32,000 nt of DNA from Nitrososphaera viennensis EN76 (GTDB lineage: Archaea; Thermoproteota; Nitrososphaeria; Nitrososphaerales; Nitrososphaeraceae), in NCBI RefSeq assembly GCF_000698785.1, contig NZ_CP007536.1:1950001-1982000 (forward strand), written 5' to 3'. The notes below the pieces were generated by a model. The model ran no database searches. It worked only from the letters and a program-made list of their open reading frames with translations, and had not been told where the DNA came from. Below are positions 8,002 through 16,056 of this stretch, in pieces. Each line of letters begins with the position of its first letter. Position 1 is the stretch's first letter. The position numbers were made by a program, and so were the translations under genes.

Positions 8002-8767
8002 ATGATAACAGACCGTGAACTAAGGGCTCTAGCCAGAGAAAAAAAATCTTCCTGTTGACGTAATTGAAAAGGACTATGTTCTTGGGTGGATATTATTCGG
8101 AATAGCATCAAGCGCTGCTTCAGATTCCTTGGCATTCAAGGGCGGGACCGCACTGTCCAAGGTGTACTTTCCCGGCAAATGGCGTCTTTCCGAGGATCTA
8201 GACTTTACCACTGTTGGTGACAGCGAGATGGTGGTTTTGGGTACAGGCGTAATGTACGAGGTACCAGGGATCGTAAAGAAGGAAAGTGGAATAGACATAG
8301 AGATGAAGGGGGATCCACTTGCTAATCCAGAATTCTTCCGTGGTAAGATCAAGTATACAGGACCATTAAGCAAGAACCATATCAAAATTGAAATCTCTAG
8401 TGAACAGTTTGTTGGCAAGGTCGTAAGAAAGTCGGTTCCCCACGCGTATGATTATCCGAGATTTGAAGTCAATGTCTATGTGCTTGATAACCTGCTTGCA
8501 GAAAAGATGAGGGCAATCATTGAACGTGGAAAGATAAGGGATTACTATGACGTATGGAGGCTGCTAAAGACTTGCAAGTTCGATAAGCAAGAGTTGAAAG
8601 AGCTTTTCCTTCAGAAATGCAAGTCAAAAGGAGTTACCTTTACCGGCATAGAACAGATGTTTCCGGCAGACATTGTAAAGAAACTCGAACCATACCTTGA
8701 CACATGGCTTACCAGACTTAACCCTGAACCTCTGCCTGAGCTTGAGACAATCTTGGCAGCCATTTAG
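8002..8767 (+). pseudogene. abiEii: AbiEii/AbiGii-family nucleotidyltransferase toxin (DUF1814), reading frame broken at an A8 homopolymer (8039-8046)
   Basis: The ATG at 8002 gives MITDRELRALAREKK, then a stop at 8056. The +1 frame continues NLPVDVIEKDYVLGWILFGIASSAASDSLAFKGGTALSKVY...RLSEDLDF, which contains the NTase hG[GS] and [DE]h[DE] motifs. Removing one A restores a single 254-aa ORF. The only in-frame canonical start after the break is the TTG at 8129. Confidence 0.75.
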
Positions 8768-8990
8768 AACTTCTGTTATAAAACTAATGTATCATCGCTC
8801 ATGCCATAAGAAGGGTCTCTGGTTTTCGTGCTCGGAAAGGGGATGCCTTCCAAGAGAGAGCTGGTGCCAAGGGCTGATGCTACTCGATCCGATGATGTTT
8901 CATAAAATTTGCTCATAATGTCATAATTAAAGCAAATACTCTATCATTTAGCAGTAAGATATCGTAATTAACCTTAAATGATTCTTAAAG

Positions 8991-9542
8991 ATGACAGATT
9001 TCATGTCGGAAGACAAAGATGATGATACCGATATCAATCAGCAGAAAATACACCCGACTTTTGGAAAACTTGTCATCGTCACGATTGTAGCATTGACTCT
9101 ATCTATTGCAACCATTGGCGCAAGTATCATGCAGGCAAATGCTGCCGTGACTGCGGCCAAGGATTCCCTGGTCAAGATTCCCCCGCGCATCTGCACTACC
9201 ACTCTAACAATATCGAGCCCCGCGAATGGCGCAAACTTCTTCGAGAACGAGCGCGGTCCGGGAAATGATGGATTCATGACAATCAAATTCAGTGGCTCCT
9301 TATCAAACCCCTGTAGAGTAGTATTTGCAAATCTAAATTGGTACCTTGACGGCAAATCCTTGGGAGCTGGCGGCGTGGTCTACAAGACACTGTTTGCAGG
9401 TTGCGAGTCATATACTCCCCATACTGCAACACTTGTCGCGACATTTCAATCGCCTCCTGCAAAAGCACAGTCTGACGCGACCTTTCAAGTTGCTAGCTCG
9501 ATGTCCAAAAGCGTCTCTTTCACAACGGGAGCCGTATGTTGA
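8991..9542 (+). CDS. membrane-anchored extracellular protein with an Ig-like domain (183 aa)
   Basis: It has an acidic N-terminus, a TM segment LVIVTIVALTLSIATIGASIM, and then TLTISSPANGANF..., a beta-sandwich-like sequence with Cys pairs. Confidence 0.6.
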   Translation: MTDFMSEDKDDDTDINQQKIHPTFGKLVIVTIVALTLSIATIGASIMQANAAVTAAKDSLVKIPPRICTTTLTISSPANGANFFENERGPGNDGFMTIKFSGSLSNPCRVVFANLNWYLDGKSLGAGGVVYKTLFAGCESYTPHTATLVATFQSPPAKAQSDATFQVASSMSKSVSFTTGAVC

Positions 9543-9720
9543 AAAGCCTGCCTGCTACTGACCGGGATGAGATGAAGAAGACTCTGCTCATTCCTCCCTT
9601 TCTCTATATTGTTATCACCAGATAGACACGCTCATCCCCAACATTCTATATTGCTATTGACCCAGTTTCGGTCACTAAAAATGGTGTGTTTTCACGAGGG
9701 AAACGGGGGGATACTCTTTT

Positions 9721-11283
9721 TTACTGCGGCTCTATCGTGGCCGGCGGCTTGCTTGACACCGCATACGTGACCCACGTCGCCCCTTCCACCTCGTTTGTGA
9801 TCCTGTTGCTGATGCGCTCTATCACGTCGTACGGCAGGCGCGTCCAGTCGGCAGTCATGGCGTCAATCGACTCGACGACGCGCACCATCACGACGTGGCC
9901 GTACACGCGCTCGTCGCCCAGTACGCCGACAGCCCTGTCGTCGCCTACAGCCGCATAAGCCTGCCACACCTTGTCGTAATACCCTGCAGCCTTTAGCTCG
10001 TCTTCGACAATCTTGCTTGCGTGCTTGGCAATCCTCGTCTTTTCAGGGGTTATCGCGCCGATTATCCTGACGGCGAGGCCCGGCCCGGGGAACGGGTGCC
10101 TCTTTAGCAATTCGTCCGGCACCTCGAGCAGCTTTGCAACCTTCCTCACCTCGTCCTTGTACAGAAAGCGCAACGGCTCTATCACCTGCAGCTTCAGCCA
10201 CTTTGGCAGGCCGCCCACGTTGTGGTGCGTCTTTATCACGGCGGCCGGGCCTTTTGACACGCCGCTTTCAATCACGTCCGGGTACAGCGTTCCCTGCGCA
10301 AGCCACTGGAACGGCCCGTGCTTTTTCGCAACCGTTACAAACTCCTTCGCAAACTGGTCGCCGATTATCTTGCGCTTTTTCTCCGGGTCGGTGACGCCCT
10401 TTAGCCTTGACAGAAAGCGCTTTTCAGCGTTGACGTAGATGAGGTCGATTCCAAGGTGCTCCTTGAACAGCCTGACCACCTCCTTTTCCTCGTCCTGCCT
10501 GAGGAGGCCGTGGTTGATGAACACGCACGACAACTGCTTTCCAATCGCCCTGTGCATGAGCGCGGCAACCGTCGTCGAGTCGATGCCCCCGCTCACCGCG
10601 GCAAGCACGCGCTTGTCTTTTCCCACCTGCTCCCTGATTTCCTTGACGGTGGTGTCGATAAAGCTCTGCATGTCCCACTCGGGTTTTGCGCCGCTTATCT
10701 CCTGCGCAAAGTTCTTCAGGATCTGCATGCCCCGCTCGGTGTGCACCACCTCCGGGTGGAACTGGATGCCGTACATCTTCCTCTCGTGGTCGCCGATTGC
10801 AGCCGACTGCGAGTTCTCGGTGTGGCCGATCACCTTGAATCCGTCCGGCACCTTTTCCGCCGCGTCGCCGTGGCTCATCCAGCAGTTGATGCTGGTGTCA
10901 AGGTTCTTGAAAAGGTCGGAATCGTCGTCTATCTTTAGCCCTGCCCTGCCGTACTCCCTGCTTGCCGCCCTTTTCACCTTGCCGCCAAAGTTGTCGACAA
11001 GCACCTGGTGGCCGTAGCAGATGCCAAGTATCGGCTTGCCCATCGCAAATATCTGCCTGTCCGGCTTGGGCGCGCCCTTGGCGTACACGCTTGCCGGCCC
11101 GCCGGAAAAAATGATGCCCTTTGGGTCCATCTCCTTGAGCGCCTTTGCCGGCGTGTTGTACGGCACGAGTTCGCAGTACACGTTAGCCTCCCTTATCCTC
11201 CTGCATATCAGGTGGCTGTACTGCGAGCCAAAGTCGAGGACGACGATCTTGTCTATTTTGTTATTATTATCATCTTCTGCCAT
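9721..11283 (-). CDS. guaA: GMP synthase (glutamine-hydrolysing)
   Basis: The GATase domain has GICYGHQ and FHPEV. The ATP-PPase P-loop is SGGIDSTT. The C-terminal dimerisation region ends in the ATIEPQ-type tail. Length is 520 aa. Confidence 0.95.
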   Translation of the reverse strand: MAEDDNNNKIDKIVVLDFGSQYSHLICRRIREANVYCELVPYNTPAKALKEMDPKGIIFSGGPASVYAKGAPKPDRQIFAMGKPILGICYGHQVLVDNFGGKVKRAASREYGRAGLKIDDDSDLFKNLDTSINCWMSHGDAAEKVPDGFKVIGHTENSQSAAIGDHERKMYGIQFHPEVVHTERGMQILKNFAQEISGAKPEWDMQSFIDTTVKEIREQVGKDKRVLAAVSGGIDSTTVAALMHRAIGKQLSCVFINHGLLRQDEEKEVVRLFKEHLGIDLIYVNAEKRFLSRLKGVTDPEKKRKIIGDQFAKEFVTVAKKHGPFQWLAQGTLYPDVIESGVSKGPAAVIKTHHNVGGLPKWLKLQVIEPLRFLYKDEVRKVAKLLEVPDELLKRHPFPGPGLAVRIIGAITPEKTRIAKHASKIVEDELKAAGYYDKVWQAYAAVGDDRAVGVLGDERVYGHVVMVRVVESIDAMTADWTRLPYDVIERISNRITNEVEGATWVTYAVSSKPPATIEPQ

Positions 11284-11287
11284 TATT

Positions 11288-11986
11288 TCAGCTTCCAGCC
11301 TTTTCCAGCATCCTTGTAAACACCCAGGCAGCCGTGTTGAATATCTCTGTCATACGCTCCTTTTCGCGGTAGTTTGTTATCGTTATTTTCTTTATCATCA
11401 TGCCTGCGTCTTCGTCGACCTTGTAGCTCATGACGCCGGACTCTGCCAGCGCGCCCTGTGCCACCCTGTCGGCGTCCTTGCTCTTCATGCCGTCGAGTAT
11501 CCTGCCGAGAAAGAACGACCGGAACGGGGGCGTGTTTACGCTCAGGCTGACCCCGGGCGCCGGCACTATGGTTATCGAATTGGCAGTGACCTCTGCGTTT
11601 GCAAGGAGGAAATCGTCCTTGGCCCTCTTTAGCGGCCTGACGTCCCTGCCGGGGTCAAAGCCCGCCGCTGCTGCGGCCGCCTGCTTTGCCGGCTGTGGCG
11701 CCGACGCAGCTATGGTAGTAGTAGACTTCTTGGCCTGTGGCGCTGGCGGCGCTGCTGCCTGCTGCTGCGGCGGCCTTGCCGGCTCGCTTGTAGTCGTCGC
11801 CGCCGACGAAGTCGCCATTACCGCCGCGGCCCTGAAGCTGCCCTGCTTTAACACGCTGTCAATGATGGCAAGCGTGGCCCTCAGCCTCTCCAGCTCTTCC
11901 TGCTTGTCTGAAATCTGCTTCATGACCCACTCTCGGAGCTCGGCTGCACGCCTCACGTCATCCTCGGAATAGCCGGACATTAGCAA
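11288..11986 (-). CDS. hypothetical protein: N-terminal coiled coil, Ala/Gln/Pro/Thr-rich linker, about 110-aa C-terminal domain
   Basis: ATG ORF that ends 4 nt before the guaA start, on the same strand. The coiled coil is ELREWVMKQISDKQEELERLRATL. The low-complexity stretch is SSAATTTSEPARPPQQQAAAPPAPQ. Confidence 0.65.
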   Translation of the reverse strand: MLMSGYSEDDVRRAAELREWVMKQISDKQEELERLRATLAIIDSVLKQGSFRAAAVMATSSAATTTSEPARPPQQQAAAPPAPQAKKSTTTIAASAPQPAKQAAAAAAGFDPGRDVRPLKRAKDDFLLANAEVTANSITIVPAPGVSLSVNTPPFRSFFLGRILDGMKSKDADRVAQGALAESGVMSYKVDEDAGMMIKKITITNYREKERMTEIFNTAAWVFTRMLEKAGS

Positions 11987-12016
11987 GCCCTCTTGATCCT
12001 AAATGGTATAATAGCC

Positions 12017-12181
12017 TTACCGCCTTTTCTGCTGCTGCCGCTTGTTGAGTTTCAGCACTATCAGGACGGCGACGCCCCACAGCATCGCTGCCGGGATATG
12101 CTGCCCAAAGAACCACGCGGCGCCCCCTGCCACGGCAAAGACTATGCCGAGTATGCCTATCGCCTTTTTCTGGCTGACCAT
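12017..12181 (-). CDS. unlisted small membrane protein (54 aa, two hydrophobic segments, basic tail)
   Basis: My own translation is MVSQKKAIGILGIVFAVAGGAAWFFGQHIPAAMLWGVAVLIVLKLNKRQQQKRR*. The ATG lies 7 nt after the stop of the 12188..12898 gene. The ORF is below the length cutoff of the ORF track. Confidence 0.45.
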   Translation of the reverse strand: MVSQKKAIGILGIVFAVAGGAAWFFGQHIPAAMLWGVAVLIVLKLNKRQQQKRR

Positions 12182-12187
12182 GCCTTG

Positions 12188-12898
12188 TTAGTAGTAGGGA
12201 GAAAAGCCCTTGACCGGCTTTTTGGAGGCGTGGAACAGCTGCGAGCGCGACTGCTTGGCAAGCGTCTCCAGCAGGCGCTTTCCGGCCTGCATCTTGCGCT
12301 TTTTCAGCTCCGGGTCCTTGACGTCCTTGTACGCGCTTGTACTGCCAAAGTCCATTCCAACCATCACTATCTTTTTTGCGCCAAACTCTTCTGCCAAAAA
12401 GACGCACCTGTCGCCGTCCGTGAAACCGCCAAAGTTGTAGACGTTTTCAACGGGCATCACCTGCGTCGTGCCGAGGACCTTCTTGAACTTTGGCACCAGC
12501 TTTTTCAGCATGTCGGTGTTGTCCCCGTGGGCGTGCACGACCATCACCGCGCCTGACTTGGCCGCCTTTTGCAATGACGCAGAATCGCCGTCAAGATCCG
12601 TCACCACGATGTCCGGTTTTATCTTGTTCTCCAAGAGCGCCTGCACCGCGCCGTCGGCGGCGATCTTTACAAAAGTCTTGTTCCTTTTGATCATCTTGGT
12701 GTTTTCAACCAGGCTCGGGCCCGCGCCAAGGACAAGCACGTTCTTGCCGGCGATCTTTTTCTGCAGGACTTTGGGCTCAAGGGCCTTCCTCTTTATCATG
12801 CCAGAAAGCATCCTGGCCGCCTCCTGGTCCTTCTCTGTGCTGTAGCCAAACTCTGCGCGGATTCCTTGGTAATACGGGAACCAGTCGACGAATTTCAC
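12188..12898 (-). CDS. DUF115 / MptE-like 6-hydroxymethyl-7,8-dihydropterin pyrophosphokinase (archaeal HPPK analogue)
   Basis: Motifs LVLGAGPSL, AADGA, KPDIVVTDLDGD and VVHAHGDN match the DUF115/MptE family layout. It uses a GTG start. Confidence 0.65.
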   Translation of the reverse strand: MKFVDWFPYYQGIRAEFGYSTEKDQEAARMLSGMIKRKALEPKVLQKKIAGKNVLVLGAGPSLVENTKMIKRNKTFVKIAADGAVQALLENKIKPDIVVTDLDGDSASLQKAAKSGAVMVVHAHGDNTDMLKKLVPKFKKVLGTTQVMPVENVYNFGGFTDGDRCVFLAEEFGAKKIVMVGMDFGSTSAYKDVKDPELKKRKMQAGKRLLETLAKQSRSQLFHASKKPVKGFSPYY

Positions 12899-13224
12899 GG
12901 AATGGGTTGCGCAGACGTTAATATTAATATCTTTTCTGATCGGAGGGTCAAAGGCGTTCTTGGACTTTGGATTTCTGCCTGCTCAAGAGTATCAACTTGG
13001 GGACGCTGCTTCCTAAAGCCTTGCACCTTAGGACACCAATGTACTTGCCATGGCGCACAAGCATTACCCATATTCCACGCGTCCCCTGTGCACTCAAAAG
13101 CTTGACCTGCTACGCCGTGCTTCTTCGCTAGCAGGCCTGCCCTGGCCTGCAGGTGCGCTCGTCTATGAATGTCGCCGTCATAAACATTCTTTTTTATCGT
13201 ACTCGAAAACGACCAGAATCTCAT
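12895..13224 (-). CDS. doubtful hypothetical ORF (109 aa)
   Basis: Its TGA overlaps the GTG of the mptE-like gene (GTGA), and GGAGG lies 4 nt upstream of its ATG. However, the composition is odd and no motif is recognised. Confidence 0.25.
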   Translation of the reverse strand: MRFWSFSSTIKKNVYDGDIHRRAHLQARAGLLAKKHGVAGQAFECTGDAWNMGNACAPWQVHWCPKVQGFRKQRPQVDTLEQAEIQSPRTPLTLRSEKILILTSAQPIP

Positions 13225-13434
13225 CGACCTCCTAGACGGTGAATCATGGGCTGTTTGGGTAGCTGAAAAGTACAGCCCCTATTTGTACGAAGGAGGGATC
13301 GTCAAGGTGCTAAAGCCAGAATTCGCCGGCCTTGAGAGGCATTTTAGGACATCTAAGTATGGGTAGAGAAGTGTACTCTAATGTCCTCGTATAGAACTTA
13401 GACATATATATTATCCAGTAGTAGGAATATTACC

Positions 13435-13929
13435 TTGAAGAAAACCGTAATCATCGCCATAATAGCAGGCATCGTGATTGCCGGTTCCGCTGCTGCATTT
13501 TATTTCGGATCAAGACGGCAGAGTGACATCCTTCCCAATGAAAATCCACTTCCATCTGGTCCTTCGCCGCATGTAACTGCATCTATTGAAGGTTTGTCTG
13601 AAAAGCCATACTCGCTGAATAATGCCGTTAGTTTTCAAGCAAAAGTCACAGGAAAGTCTGCACAAGATGATTGCGGCTCTTTGCATCTCGTTGCAGAAAG
13701 CAAGAGATCAGATGGTTCATACGCGCAGGTCTCAGATTGGAATGCTACACTGCGATGCTCAATGAAGGCGTCTGATGGTACAAAGGCCAATTTTGAATAC
13801 CTCTTTCCTCAAGAAGGAAACTACAATTTCACTCCCGAATCTCTAGGCGATTATAGAATTACTGCCACTGTAACAACTCCAAATGATGGCACCTACAGTA
13901 CTTACAAAACAATTTCAGTCAGCAGCTAA
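13435..13929 (+). CDS. membrane-anchored extracellular protein (164 aa), TTG start
   Basis: N-terminal anchor KKTVIIAIIAGIVIAGSAAAFYF followed by beta-rich sequence. ATATATATTA lies 22-31 nt upstream of the TTG. Confidence 0.6.
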   Translation: MKKTVIIAIIAGIVIAGSAAAFYFGSRRQSDILPNENPLPSGPSPHVTASIEGLSEKPYSLNNAVSFQAKVTGKSAQDDCGSLHLVAESKRSDGSYAQVSDWNATLRCSMKASDGTKANFEYLFPQEGNYNFTPESLGDYRITATVTTPNDGTYSTYKTISVSS

Positions 13930-13976
13930 AAGTTATAGAAAAGAAAGGAAAGGCGGCGTCAATCCACCTTTATGTA

Positions 13977-14696
13977 CTAACAGTTTACGGTGACTGTGGC
14001 CGACCCGGTACCTCCAGATGAAGTAATGCAGCTAGGTGGACTGCTTGCAGTACTCGAGAACGTGTATGGCGATAGAGCTTGCGAGCTACCGGTTCCACCA
14101 ATTGATGTGAAGGATAGATAGTTTGTAAAGCTCACACTACCATTCATCGAGTGGAAGTCAGAGCCGGTGTAGTCATAGCTCTCTAGCGTCGCATATGATT
14201 CATACATTGACGTACCATAGTCCACGGCATTTAGACATTGGCTAGCAGAGTTCAGAGCATTGTTTCTGTCAGTGACGAATTGACAATTCTGGTGACTAGA
14301 TACAGCGTCATCTAATTGGATGCTGGTACCTGGAGTGAAGTATACGTTTGTCCAATAAAATTCCACCCTGTTGCCAGTCGTTTCAGATACAGTTTCAAAG
14401 GACGCTCTCCACTGAGTGCTTGAATATGCTCTTATTTCTGGTTGTGTAAGTATGTCGTCATCACCGCCGGTAACATCTGCACCAAGCCAGTATAGTGTTG
14501 TCGCAGATATTGCACTAGAATTAGGCAATGAAGGCGTATTTGCGTTGGTCCTAACTTCAACGATGCTACTGAGGCTATGGTCGGCTCCTACATGCCAGTA
14601 TGCACTTGCTTCGGGTAGTGCCCAAGTCGTGGTAAAGAGAACGAGCACTCCGAATATTGCTCCAAAATATTTGGCATCTATTTTCATTTGTTTCAA
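13977..14696 (-). CDS. secreted protein resembling peptidase family G1 (eqolisin / glutamic peptidase, concanavalin-like fold)
   Basis: The signal peptide is FGAIFGVLVLFTTTWALPEASA. Blocks line up with my recollection of scytalidoglutamic peptidase: YWLGADVTGGDDDILTQP with WVGIDG....ILQTG, WRASFETVSE with AWYEWYPE, TPGTSIQL with SEGDSIQM, and YATLESYDY...SVSFTN with AEFIIEDF...VEFT. Confidence 0.5.
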   Translation of the reverse strand: MKQMKIDAKYFGAIFGVLVLFTTTWALPEASAYWHVGADHSLSSIVEVRTNANTPSLPNSSAISATTLYWLGADVTGGDDDILTQPEIRAYSSTQWRASFETVSETTGNRVEFYWTNVYFTPGTSIQLDDAVSSHQNCQFVTDRNNALNSASQCLNAVDYGTSMYESYATLESYDYTGSDFHSMNGSVSFTNYLSFTSIGGTGSSQALSPYTFSSTASSPPSCITSSGGTGSATVTVNC

Positions 14697-14702
14697 CTCC
14701 CT

Positions 14703-15293
14703 CTATGTGACTTGTATCCCAAATGTCGTTATGCTTCCAACCTTTACTGGGGAGCTCTGATCAGGAAGATTCATCATGGTGTCTGAGACGACCTCGTAAG
14801 CATATGTTCCGGTTGGCATATCTTGTGCAGCATTGACGGTAAGGACCAGATGCTTTGCAGCTGAGACAGTATTTTCAGATATTGAAGCTGTTATCCCTTG
14901 GGGTATACAATCTATATGCAGATTTGAAGTCCCACACACCGGCAGGACACTCTGAACATACACATTGCCTGTGATACCCAACATCTTTGGACTAACTAGT
15001 ACATCTATCTGCGCGGTCTCTCCCCTCTTGACTGTAACAGTTGATATTTCTGTGTGGCCGTTCACAACGATTGAAAAGGGTTCTGGTGGTGCGGGCAAGG
15101 ATTTTGCACCTGCCTTTGCAATTCCTCCGCCAAATTGTGTCGGTACTAGCGATGCACCTGCACCGCTTACTGCCATTGCCTGTCTCTGGTTGTCTTGTGA
15201 CATGACGGGCCTGATAATAAAGCCCGCTGCAATGCCCAAGACCAAGAGGCCGACTACACCTCCTACTATTGCGTACGTAAGACTGGCTTGCAT
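14703..15293 (-). CDS. membrane-anchored extracellular Ig/CARDB-like protein (196 aa), first gene of a two-gene operon
   Basis: N-terminal TM segment AIVGGVVGLLVLGIAAGFII followed by a beta-sandwich-like domain. TATATAG lies about 28 nt upstream of the ATG. There is a 6-nt gap to the next gene. Confidence 0.65.
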   Translation of the reverse strand: MQASLTYAIVGGVVGLLVLGIAAGFIIRPVMSQDNQRQAMAVSGAGASLVPTQFGGGIAKAGAKSLPAPPEPFSIVVNGHTEISTVTVKRGETAQIDVLVSPKMLGITGNVYVQSVLPVCGTSNLHIDCIPQGITASISENTVSAAKHLVLTVNAAQDMPTGTYAYEVVSDTMMNLPDQSSPVKVGSITTFGIQVT

Positions 15294-15573
15294 CGGACTT
15301 TAGCTAATTTTCTTCTATATACCTTTTCTGGATCTTTGTTAACGTAGTTTCTATATTTGGATATAAAATAAAGATTCCCGCTGATTAGAGATAACCATGA
15401 GCGAAATTGATGTCGTACCCCGCCACCCGAAAATCAACACCCAAAAATAACACCTTGGGATTCAACAGGACTGTGCTTTAGATTAGTTTGCAAAATATGC
15501 CTTGTATTTTTCCACGAGCCTGTCCGTAGTTAAATAGCGGTTAGTCAACTCATAGAAATAGTGGTCAGCTGAT

Positions 15574-15831
15574 TTGGCAGTCACCGTAAATTCAAGCCGG
15601 GAAGGTCCTGTCATCGTCAAAACAAGGACTGTTCATGAAATAAAACCCAAGTCAGGAAAGGATTTCGTATACCGGCGCGTGTACGTCGACGTTGGCAAGT
15701 GCGAGATCTCCAAGTATAATTTCAGCGAACAGACGTCACTTCTGACCCGTGATGCCACGATGGGCGAGTATGCCAAAAAGCCTTGCGCTTTGCTTCCAGA
15801 AGGCGAAGATGTGTCCAGCTTGTCATTCTAA
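15574..15831 (+). CDS. hypothetical protein (85 aa), TTG start
   Basis: This is the only plausible ORF in the 15.3-16.05 kb gap. Composition is ordinary and no motif is recognised. Confidence 0.3.
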   Translation: MAVTVNSSREGPVIVKTRTVHEIKPKSGKDFVYRRVYVDVGKCEISKYNFSEQTSLLTRDATMGEYAKKPCALLPEGEDVSSLSF

Positions 15832-16056
15832 AACGAACCATCTATCAAGTCGGGCTGACCTCCAGTGCCGAGGGCCTGCGAGGCGATTAGGCCTTGACCC
15901 TTGCTTTATTCTACTAAAAAGATAGATGGCCGGCTGCTTACAGGGGATCCTGCAGAACTTGCAAGTCCTACAAAATGACATGCCCTCTTCCCAACAGCCT
16001 TAACGTTAATAACGGTATCGGGCGCCACAACTAGGCATACAGGCCGGCCAACCAAT

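Noticed and set aside
12915-16012. Shared 9-mer ACGTTAATA near both edges of accessory stretch 2 (about 12915 and about 16000) as possible island-flanking repeats
   Set aside because: At only 9 nt in AT-rich DNA, a chance match between two 150-bp edge regions is not improbable. There is no extended similarity around the matches.
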